From positions 42,284,001-42,348,000 of the forward strand of contig OZ024740.1 of assembly GCA_964016885.1 (NCBI GenBank): 64,000 nt of DNA, written 5' to 3'. Shown in pieces: positions 40,057 through 51,876 of the stretch. The notes under the pieces were generated by a model. It ran no database searches. It was not told the DNA's origin and saw nothing but the letters and a program-made list of their open reading frames with translations. Every line of letters begins with the position of its first letter. Position 1 is the stretch's first letter. Position numbers and translations under genes: made by a program. The DNA is from Eledone cirrhosa. Taxonomy: Eukaryota.

Positions 40057-41784
40057 TATGGAACTTTTTTAACCATCTTTTAATTTCTTCTTTATATATT
40101 TATATATATATATATCCCTAATATTGCAACCTGTCATCTTAAAATGTAAGGATACATTGAATAATGTAATTCTAGATAACTCAGCCGTCACTTAGTAGTA
40201 TGTTCTATTATGTCGTTAAGAGTGTTGATGTAGTCGTGAACAGAGACAGATATTTTCACGAGTTTCCCTATCCAGAGGAATATCCAGAGGAATATCTGGG
40301 ACATGACAGCTCTGGCGAAAAAAGGACTACACTAGCATTAGGAAAGTATTTTATATTGACACCGAAAGGATGAAAGGCAATGTGGACCTCGGCTGGATTT
40401 GAACTCGGAGCGCAGAGGGTCGGGACAAAATAACCAACACGCTAACGACTTTAATAATTTGACCTTTGACCACTTAATCTTATATACACTTTCTTTATGA
40501 AGCGTGAGCGTCACTCGCGTTTCAATGGACTACAACTGACCTTTGGCTACATAACAGCAAAAACTTTGCCTTTCATCTCTACTAAGCAATTGCCTTGCAC
40601 GATTTAATTGATTATTGTTCCCTAAATTTTGTGAATTTCTGTTCATATCAAATAATTGAAAATATTTACCGTTTCAGTTGTTTAATTTTATTCGGTTTGT
40701 ATACTGTTTCTTAACTCAAACAGAAAGAGTTCCACCTTCAGATTTTATAGAATTTCTTTGAACGATTGGGGTACTTAATCAATGATTAACTGTTGTTCCC
40801 TGATTAGTTTTAGAAACTCATTGGTACTTTAATTAAATTTTATCTGTCCTATCTTAGAATTCGATGAAATATCTGGAAAGTTTTTAAGACTTAGTAGAAA
40901 GTGGAAGGGCTGTGGTCGGTACAGTTTTAAAGAACACCCGAGAACATTATAGAAAAGGAAGAGACAGTGGTCCTGACATTTATGAAGAATGTCCGAGAAT
41001 ATTATAGGAAAGGAAGAGACAGTGTTAAACCAATAACAGGTGCAGTTCATTTATACAATCTCGAATACAAAGCTTTGGTTTGATATGAGACCGTAGTAGA
41101 TAACACTTGCCCAAGATGAAATCATACCCAGCATCCTGTAATTCAGAAAGAAATTGCTTATGGCCAGGTCTGTGCTCGTGATTAAATATTCAACATAATC
41201 ATTAATGAATGCTGTGGCATGATTGAATAAACCTAATTATAGCTTAATTTTTAATCAACAGCAGGTATGAATATTAAGAACTGTTAGTCATAGAGGTTTG
41301 CACAGACATTAAATTACACATAGTTTTATCCCTTTACTTAATTTCGCTTGAATCAATTTCCATTTCATATTAAGCAACAAGACACTGGATAACATCGATT
41401 CATAATGATAATGTTAACCCTGATGGCACCACTTGAATTTCAGTTAAGTGAACACTTCACATAGTCATGTCAATTATGTCAGGTGATGTATTTAAAGTAT
41501 AACTCTCTCTCCCACTCTCTCTCTCACTCACTTTCGTTTACTCTCTCTCTTCAAACACACACACAAATACACTCACAGACACATATTCTGTTACTTTAGC
41601 TTGTGAAATTGCAGTAAGGGGAAACATTTGTTAAGCTCTCTAAATTTAGATATCTTGACATGAAGTTTACCCCTGGGTTGAGACGCTTACAAGATTGATT
41701 TATTTCAGTACTTTACTGCAATCTTCCCTTTGGTCAATTCTGAGCCTTATTTGAGATAGTTCTATAATATATATATATATATAG

Positions 41785-41900
41785 TAATAATTGTTTCTAC
41801 TTTTGGCACAAAGCCGGCAATTAACCAGTACATTACTGGTACTTTATTTTATTGACCCCGTAAGGATAAAATGCAAAGTTAACTTTGGCGGGATTTAAAT
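41785..41900 (-). mobile_element. 5'-truncated SINE copy
   Basis: Reverse complement of the 3' half of the family consensus. Confidence 0.8.
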
Positions 41901-41961
41901 AATAATAATAAATGTGAAGACTAAAATCCGAAGCGGGCTCGACGAGAATAATAATCTGTTA

Positions 41962-42056
<95 letters not shown>

Positions 42057-42172
42057 GGAGAGAGAGAGGTAGAACAGTGGAAGGTAATATTCGTAGTGGT
42101 AGAGCACTCAGTCCATGGGACGAGTTTGGTAGAAGTAGTAACACAACAGTTAGTTTACCTTACCGAGAACCA

Positions 42173-42233
<61 letters not shown>

Positions 42234-42870
42234 TCTGCGGTGCTGAGACGGAGAGAACACTAACCATAGAAGTACACAGTGCATGGGGAGATACAGTGTG
42301 GGTACAGAGAGAGGTAAAATCCCAATTTTACCTCTCTCTCTCTCTCTCTTACTCACTCACTCACGCACTCACCCACTATATGGTAGATATGTTTGTAACT
42401 ACAGTTGCAGGTGTTTCGTCGGTTAAAGCATTCCGTTAGAATGTGTTCTGCGCCTACCAACGCATATATGTCACGAGCGGAATGGCTCTAGTGAACTGCT
42501 CTTTAGTTATTACAGGCATGTCTGTTGGCTCACTGCTGTAGTGAAGGCTGCACTGGTAGCAAAGTCCTCTTATTTGTGTTGTGTCGTAGTAACTAGCATT
42601 TTGTTAACTACTCCCATTGTCCGGTAGTCACGGCAATGGCTCTATTACTGCCGTGGTTTGTTGTTAACACGCTTTAGTTTTGTTTTCATTGTATCATTGT
42701 ATTTGTTGTTATTGTGGTTATGGTATTGTTCTGACCGCCACGGGAGATAACCCCGTTATAATCTGCAATGAGAGCTAGATCTTGGATGTTCTTTCTTGGT
42801 TGTTGCTTTCTGTAAACAAACTGTTTGTCTCCATTTAAAAAAATAAAACAACAAAACACGATATTATAAA

Positions 42871-43266
42871 ATAATTGTTTCTACTTTTGGCACAAGGCCA
42901 GCAATTAACCAGTGCATTATTGGTACTTTACTTTATCGACCCTGTAAGGATGAAAGGCAAAGTTAACTTCAGCGGGATATGAACTCAGAACGTAAAAAGG
43001 CGTAAGTCTATGACGCAAAGCATGGCGTCTGACCCTCTACCGATACGTCCAATCCACCACCCTACGATACTATAAAATAATTGTTTCTACTTTTGGCACA
43101 AGGCCAGCAGTTATCCCAGTGTATTACTGGTACTTTATTTTGTCGACCCCGTAAGGATGAACGGCAAAGTTAACTTCGGCGGGATATGAACTCAGACCAT
43201 AAAGCGCTGTAACTCTTTTTTGCAAAGCATGGCGTCCAACCCTCTACCGATACTGCCAATCCACCT
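42871..43266 (-). mobile_element. Two tandem SINE copies
   Basis: Units at 42871-43062 and 43077-43266, each preceded on the + strand by acgata(t/c)tataaaataattg. Confidence 0.9.
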
Positions 43267-43318
43267 CTGTAAAATAATAATAAAAAACTTTTCTAAATTG
43301 GTAAAGAAACAACAATTT

Positions 43319-43357
<39 letters not shown>

Positions 43358-43795
43358 GTACTAATGTTGATAGATATAAATTAAGCTGCTTAAAGTAATA
43401 ACTCCATATACACACGTTGCATGTGTTGTTAATAAATACATTAACTCGGTGTTCGTGTTTGTGAAATAGTTCAAAATGTTATTTGTGTTACTAATATTTG
43501 GTATTTTAGTCACAATGATTTATAATATAATATATTCAGTACTATCCGAAAAATTACATATGTAAGAGTATAAGCAGTAGTTATTAGTGATTTTTACTTT
43601 TGATATTGCTCGCTTACAGGAGGATTGCTATGAAAGAGGCTTACAATAAATTATTTCTACAACATTAAACTAATGCCCCTTCTTAATTTACGCAAATATT
43701 TGACAAATATCTAAGTGATTGTACCAAGAATTGGTCAATAAGTTTTCTGATGTTAACCTTTACAGAACATTAACAGAATTGATTTATATAATAGA

Positions 43796-43968
<173 letters not shown>

Positions 43969-44510
43969 TTGTTTACTTAGGAGAGAATAATAGGAATGAA
44001 AACGTTTTTATGATATCAAGTTCAATGTTTGGAAATAACATTACTGAAATATACAAATTGCTATTCATCGCTCAGGGGACGATAATTTATTTTGCACTAA
44101 CTACTTTTAAAAGTTATGTCGTATTTTTAAAATAGTAGCGTGATGTTAAAAAATATTAGAATATTAGAAAAGAAATGTGAAAGTATCGTGCCAAATAGCT
44201 TACCGAAGTTGCGTGAGTTGAAACTTTCCTAGTTTGGCGCAACTAATTTTAACTTTCAGTAATACATTTAGTTCGAACCAATCAACTACAAACTATCCTC
44301 TAAAATAGTTGACATTATAACCAGTCAAAACAAATCAAACGACATACGTGTTTAATGCCAGTTAATTTGTATATCTCATTATGACACTTCTTTGTAGTCA
44401 ACTTGATATGTAGCGAAATTGTAACACGAAATTGTAACACGTATATAAAGGTATATGTTTTATGTATAAACACGTAAATAGATATATATTTTATATATAA
44501 CCCCCCCCCC

Positions 44511-44564
<54 letters not shown>

Positions 44565-44617
44565 GGTATATTTTAAACATAAGCACGTTTGTACATATAT
44601 ATACAAATATATTTTAT

Positions 44618-45064
44618 ACTAGCCTGAAAAATGCGCAAGCTCTAAAGAGCCACAGAATATTATAATAAACCTTCAAAAGTGTGGGACTAGAGTTGTTGCT
44701 CAAAAGTATTGTAATCATTATCTATCGCACACTCTGTGGCATCCGTTTATAAAAAAAGAGACTCATAACGAACTCAAGACGATACGATAATTATTTAAGC
44801 TAATGTTTAATATCTCATATTAGATGTTTAGTAATGATTAATACGAAATGCACTTAAACCGAATTCTATATTATAAATTCACTTAAATAATTATCGTGTC
44901 GTCTTGAGTTCGTTATGGGTCTCTTTTTTTATAAAAGGATGCCACAGAATGTACGATAGATAATGATTACAATATTTTTGAGCAACAGCTCTAGTCCCAC
45001 ACTTTTGAAGGTTTATTATAACATTATGTGGCTCTTTTGAGCTTGCGCATTTTTCAGGACTAGT
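44618..45064. mobile_element. MITE-like fold-back element with ~180-bp arms
   Basis: 44618-44799 versus 44882-45064 are inverted with scattered mismatches. The ends are ACTAG...CTAGT. Confidence 0.75.
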
Positions 45065-45515
45065 TTAATATTTTTTTAAGGCAACGCTTGTAATAACTCT
45101 AGTTAAACATTATATATATTAATAATAAATTATCGGTGTAATATAATTAGATTATATAATTGTTATTTTATAAATGATCTTATAAATATTATTGTAAGAT
45201 GTATAAAAATATTTTCAGACTTTTAATATAAACAACTAAAAAACAATCAATATTAAATAAATATATTTTACATAATAATTGTTATAGTTGAATTAATAAT
45301 AATTAATTATTACATACAAGTAGTCTAACATAATAATAAAAAAATAATCTAACATTATAATAATAAAATAATCTAACATAAAACGAACAATAATATGGAC
45401 AAATATACAAGTAAATATGATACTACCAATATTATAAGCATGTTATAACGAACTGATAAAAAAATAGTTAATATAAATTTAAAAAAATCATATATAAATT
45501 AACAATATAACTTAC

Positions 45516-45665
45516 CAAAACGAGAAAAATATTTTGATGATAAACGACGAAATACAGGAGGAAGATTCGAAAGCGAAACGATAAATAAAGGTGCAAACAA
45601 AATGGCGGATGCTTTTGAGCAACAATTACTCTCGTTGTTTGATTAGCCAATACGACGATGAAATT
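45516..45665 (-). promoter_or_regulatory. Putative promoter plus non-coding first exon of a minus-strand host gene
   Basis: A CCAAT box at ~45646 lies upstream of a YY1-type CCGCCATTTT at ~45599-45608. A pyrimidine-rich leader ends at the consensus donor TTG|GTAAGT (exon end 45516). CpG is locally enriched. Confidence 0.5.
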
Positions 45666-47602
45666 ACCCAATAAGACGATACATTACAAAACATGTTTGG
45701 CAGCGATCATCACCACGGCCAGCGACACCCCTTGATTTTTTTATTCACAAGCTACGCATATATGTCAGACACGCAGACTTAAAACATTCTGTTGTTAGTC
45801 ACTGCGTGTCTAACAGATATGAACAAGTATATATAAATATATTATATATATGAACACGCATATACACATATTTTATACATAACATGTATGACCAAATATA
45901 TTTTATATGTAAACCGTATATATATATATACCATAGTGTAGTTAGAAGGAAAACTAATGGGGATGACGAATTTTAGGTCTCCAAGTGGAGTGGGAAGGAA
46001 GAAAAGAAGATATTTTCAAATTAGAGAATTGGTCGGAATGATTGTCACAATATAGACACCGCTAAAACGATTTAATGGCCACAGGGGATTTTCACTCAGA
46101 ATGCAAGAGCCGGAACAAATACCACAAGGTATCGCATTCTATGCACTACCAGCTTCACTACTCCAGCGCTTCATCAATCAAGTTCAGATAATTAAAATTC
46201 AAAGTTGACCACGGTGGGATTTCAACTCAGAACAGATGAAGCCGGAATAAATATCGCAAGGTATTTGATAAAAAAATGTTAATGCTTCTGTTAATTCACA
46301 GTCAATGTATACTATATAATTAAACACATGCACACGCTAGCACAGAGACATATACCCATACACACATATATACACACATACACAGATACATATGTAGATT
46401 TTATGAAACAAATCTAGATTATCGTTTACATTATTCACTGGGTGATTATGGCTACAGGAAGGAAATCTATCTGTACAACCTGGTAGGTTCACGAAAATTT
46501 CCAGATATATTTTCTGTTATCTTTTGGGGATACAATCTTAAATTTATGCGTCATTATGACATTTTGTCCCATTGATATATAACCTGTTTTTCCCTCTGAC
46601 TCTCCATGGAAAATTATAGAGAATGTTATCTTTTGATGACAACGCGCATTTAAAAATGCTTTTGCAGACCTTTATCCATTGCGCTGAAGAATGTAGTCTA
46701 GTTTGCATATCGTACTTTCAAAGCTTCTGCCCTTATTCCAGTATATTTATTTGGTATTGGTTTTGCCGTTTCTGGCGGTAGTTCTGATGTCCACTTCATA
46801 TATCAGAGCTTTCTTGGTTCAGTGGACATATCTTTTTGTTACTGCATGTTCGTGTTGTAATTTAGTGTATTTTTGTCTCATATGTAAATATGCTTTTATT
46901 TAATAATGAATAAATAAAAAAAAAAATAAAGAATTATTTCATGTGTGATTATGGGTAACTTTCAAATTATTTTCAATTGTTCTGTAGCGGAGCTTTCTAG
47001 AGAAGCTTTTATCCATTACTGTCAGGAAGTTTTCGGCTTCAGTGTTAATATCATTATAAGTAGTTCTGTTTGTTCTGCTTTAGTCATTGATTGATGGTAA
47101 CATTAAGTAATTGTTTATCTAGAGAGATTTAATCCATAGAGTTTATTACATTAGTCAGAAAATAAAAAAGAGCGCCATTTTTCAATTTTGTGCTGTCAGA
47201 TTAAATAATCTTCTTGCATATGTCACTGTCTCAAGTTGTTGTCCATCTGATCGAGGTCATAGATCGGTGATCATTTCCCAAGGCCCACCGCGGCGAGGTC
47301 AATAACTTCGGCCCCAGATTATGCAATGTCAAGTTTATGCTCAAATATGTTGGTATAAATGCGGAAACTAATACTATTCACTAGGCCTCAAATGATTCAA
47401 TATCTTTAATCTTAGGGGTATATCACTTGATTATTTGTATGTTGCTGTATTGAATAGTGGTGGGTTTATCCTTGTTATCGAAGTCTTCCATATCTGATGA
47501 CTTCAACCACTTTCTCCAGTAATCTACTTGAATAGTATTTGTTTATATTAATTGTATCGCCTTAGCGCTCCGTAAAGGTCCGAGAGATTGGCTACTTATA
47601 AA

Positions 47603-47667
<65 letters not shown>

Positions 47668-47814
47668 TATATAGTGGTGGAACACTGGTAGGTAATATCC
47701 GTAGTGGTAAAACACTGAGTCCATGGGAGGAGTTAGGTAGAAGTGGTTACACAACAGTTAGTTCACCATACCGAGACCAATTGTTTCACCTTAGCGGATC
47801 CTCAGCTCGATTTA

Positions 47815-47852
47815 CGAGCTGAGGATCCGCTAAGGTGAAACAATTGTTCTCG
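47815..47852 (+). ncRNA. Minimal hammerhead (38 nt), mirrored on the minus strand at 47772-47809
   Basis: cgag-CTGAGGA-t cc gctaa gg t-GAAA-caattg-TT-ctcg. Stem III is the palindrome ACAATTGT. The mirror copy has U16.1 changed to G. Confidence 0.65.
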
Positions 47853-47881
47853 GCATGGTGAACTAACTGTTGTGTAACCAC

Positions 47882-47931
<50 letters not shown>

Positions 47932-47937
<6 letters not shown>

Positions 47938-48540
47938 ATAAATATTTCGTATCTCCGAAGAAATACGGTTTTAGGAAGTCGTAGCTATGCAAACACCAGG
48001 GGGCTAACGCCCTCTGGTGATGTCCAGCAGAAGCAAGGGGGGACAACCGTCTATGTATTTCAAGCTTAACTGGCCATCGTCTGGACGGTCCCTCCCACCG
48101 CTTGCGACTGCTGGACTAGAAGACAGGCGAGAATATATAGTTTTCTTCTCTGTGTAAAGGAGGTGATTAATCTCATGTGCATATGAAGCTGCATAAGTTG
48201 GCTCAACTTATAATAAAAAAGAAATAGGATTTCGCTTCAAGCATAGCTTTATACAATTTGTATAAATATTTCGTATATCCGAAGAAATACGGTTTTAGGA
48301 AGCCGTAGCTATGCAAGCACCGGGGGGGGGGGGGCTAACGCCCTCTAGTGATGTCCAGCAGAAGCAAGGGGGACAACCGTCTATGCATTTCAGGCTTATC
48401 TGACCATCGTCAGGACGGTCCCACCCACCGCTTACGACTGCTGGACTAGAAGACAGGCGACAATATATAGTTTTCTCGTCTATAATATTTATACAAATTG
48501 TATAAAGTTATGCTTGAAGCGAAATCCTATTTCTTTTATA
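47932..48540. repeat. ~220-bp direct repeat (324-bp period) with a terminal ~55-bp inversion, between (TA)n tracts
   Basis: 47932-48150 matches 48256-48478, and 48216-48270 is inverted at 48485-48538. Confidence 0.85.
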
Positions 48541-48664
48541 TATATATATATAAAAGAAATAGGATATATATATATATATATATATATTTCCCACTCTACT
48601 ACTCTAAGTATTGAGTACTCTGGTGCGTTATGGTCCATCTAGTTCCTTACAACAATTCCTTTGT

Positions 48665-48695
<31 letters not shown>

Positions 48696-49097
48696 GAATC
48701 TACAGTACCGGATAGACAGACACACACACACATACACATATATATATATATGAAAGTAAAGCTGTCGTTAGACCGCAGGATATTTGTTGCCGGTCATTAT
48801 GATCTAACTTCAAATCCTATCCACCATGTCCACGTTATCTTTTATAATTTCTGGATCGATAAAAACATACCAGCCCAGCTCATGTGCAGCCTTCGTTCTT
48901 ACGAGCTGATCAATCTTCGATATTCCGCTATGTCGAATGGCAAGGTGTTGAACCCGTATCTTTGTCTGCTCAGAGCTGAATGAACACATAACAGCCTGGT
49001 ACAAACTACCAAGATATACCTGATTGTGCATGGCTTCTGTAATTGCTTTTTCTTTTTACTTAAGTACATACATATATATGTATATAATTGTTTCTGT

Positions 49098-49345
49098 GAA
49101 GGCGCATGACTTAATGGTTAGAGCATTGGGCTTGCAATCGAAAGGTTGTGAGTTCAATTCTCGGACCGGGTGATGTATTGTTTCCTTGAGCAAGACACTC
49201 TATTTCACGTTGCTCCAGCTTACTCAGCTGTAAAAGTGAGATGATAGGACTGAGGTCCATATCATTAAATTACCCAAGACACCTCCAACTAGAAATACCT
49301 TGGAGGAGGCCAGCTAAACCTGCATAGGTGTGAGCTGTCACACAC
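49098..49345 (+). mobile_element. tRNA-derived SINE (second family)
   Basis: A/B boxes; homologous to 21098-21343. Confidence 0.85.
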
Positions 49346-49352
49346 TCACACA

Positions 49353-49522
49353 TATAATTGTTTCTACTTTCGGCCAGCAATTAACCCAGTACATTACTGG
49401 TACTTTATTTTATCGACCCCGTAAGGATGAAAGGCAAAGTTAACCTCCGCGGGATTTGAACTCAAACCGCCGAAAAGGGGCGTAACTCTATGCTGGAAAG
49501 CATGACGTACGACCCTCTACCG
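49353..49522 (-). mobile_element. ~190-bp SINE copy
   Basis: Reverse complement of the consensus. Confidence 0.85.
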
Positions 49523-49907
49523 CCGATGTTTATAATAGCACATTATCATGCCCGGGCAAGATGTTTTTGTGGAAGGCTAGCAATCACACAATACATACCA
49601 ACTCCGCCTTCCACGCCGCTCTTGTCCAACAAATGTAAAGACTGACACACTCTGGCACCAGTGACGCTGCAATTCACTTTTTCTGAAGCACTGTCAAATA
49701 TAATGTCCAACAATAGAACTCATTGCCTCACGATTGAGAATTCAACATATTAACCACCAAGCCACGTGACAATCACTTGTGGCGAGAGCGGGTACACACA
49801 CATACACACACGCACGCACACACACACACACACACATATACATACATGATAATACATACATACATATTCATACATACATATTCATACACACATACACAAA
49901 CATATAT

Positions 49908-49938
<31 letters not shown>

Positions 49939-50011
49939 CATATATACATACACACATATACATACATACATATACATACATACATATTCACACACACACA
50001 CACACACACAC

Positions 50012-50137
<126 letters not shown>

Positions 50138-50178
50138 ATGTATGTATGTATATGTATGTATGTATATGTGTGTATGTA

Positions 50179-50221
<43 letters not shown>

Positions 50222-50401
50222 ATATATGTTTGTGTATGTGTGTATGAATATGTATGTATGAATATGTATGTATGTATTATCATGTATGTATATGTGTGTG
50301 TGTACCGCGCGGTAAGGGTAATTATAGCAGGTATATTGAACTTTTTAAAATTTATTTTAAAACTTTTTCTTATTTGCTAAACTTTGATTATATATATATA
50401 C

Positions 50402-50449
<48 letters not shown>

Positions 50450-50477
50450 TTATATATATATACATATATATATATAA

Positions 50478-50512
<35 letters not shown>

Positions 50513-50611
50513 TGTACATATATATATATGTATATATATATAATCAAAGTTTAGCAAATAAGAAAAAGTTTTAAAATAAATTTTAAAAAGTTCAATATAC
50601 CTGCTATAATT

Positions 50612-50695
50612 ACCCTTACCGCGCGGTTTCAAGTCTCAAAATAAATGGATAATCCATGCGGAAATCCATTGAGAAGAAAACTTTCGTCAGAGGGT
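50612..50695 (-). ncRNA. Type I hammerhead ribozyme (tandem copy 1)
   Basis: accct-CTGACGA-aagtttt...gagactt-GAAA-ccgcgcgg-TA-agggt. Stem III is the 10-nt palindrome ACCGCGCGGT and the triplet is GUA. Confidence 0.88.
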
Positions 50696-51089
50696 TCTTC
50701 TCACTCGGAGAATATAAAATTCCCGAGTTCAAATCCCGAACTGGCCCCATACAGAACTGTTCCCGGATGAGAGTGTATGATGAAGAAAAAATCTTGTCTA
50801 GTGCCGTGTGTAAAGATAGAAGGCAAGGGCGGAAAGGTCAATGTACTGCCACTAGAAATAGCAGCAGTTAAAACGACCAGTTCTCGACCAGAGGAGATTA
50901 ATAATAATAAAGTATGTTTCCCTACATGCAAAATGCATATAGGGACACATGTATTTTCCAACCGTATGCCAATGTGGTTCTAATGGCAGGTTAATAAATT
51001 AACGAGCCAGAACATATATAATCAAGGTTTAGCAAATAAGAAAAAGTTTTAAAATAATTTTTTAAAAGTTCACTATACCTGCTATAATT

Positions 51090-51173
51090 ACCCTTACCGC
51101 GCGGTTTCAAGTGTCAAAATAAATGGATAATCCACGCGGAAATCCATTGAGGAGAAGACTTTCGTCAGAGCGT
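51090..51173 (-). ncRNA. Type I hammerhead ribozyme (tandem copy 2)
   Basis: acgct-CTGACGA-aagtctt...gacactt-GAAA-ccgcgcgg-TA-agggt, 478 bp from copy 1. Confidence 0.82.
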
Positions 51174-51876
51174 TGTTCTCACTCGGAGAATATAAAATTC
51201 CCGATTTCAAATCACAAACTGGCGCCATACAGAACTGTTCCCGGATGAGAGTGTATGATGAAGAAACAATTTTGTCTAGTGCCGTATATACGAGGTGTGT
51301 CAGAAAAGTTCCAGGACTGATGTCACAAAAGATTTATTTCAAACCCAAACTTCACACTAAGAGTTTTATCCTTGAAAGTAATCCCCCTGGAGTCTAAGCA
51401 CTTTCCCATCCACTCCTGCCACGCTTTCATGCACTCCTGGAAGGATTCTTCCGGGATCCTCCGCAGTTCCGTCGTCACAGCCTTTTTGATGTCCTCCACG
51501 TCTTCAAAACGGGTCCACTCCGGGTCGTACTCAAAGATCCATGACTCATCTCCCGTGATGACTTTCCCTAGCAAGTCTGGTTCGATTTCAAGACGCTCAA
51601 GGATGTCCTGGCACACTTGCATGCGTCGACCCTTTTGGTCATCGTTCAGCAGTTTTGGCACCGTCTTCGCGCAGACTTACCGCATGTCCAAATCTTCAGT
51701 GAGAATCTTCCAGACGCTGTCCCGATTCATGCCCAGCTCATTTGTTATCAGTCGAACAGTCAGCCGACGATCGCTACGCACCATCTGCCTGACGCGCTCA
51801 ACGTTGACCTCAGTCCTGGTTGTTGAGGGCCTTCCGCTCCTGGGGTCATCTTGCACCACTCAAAAACACGTGAGCG

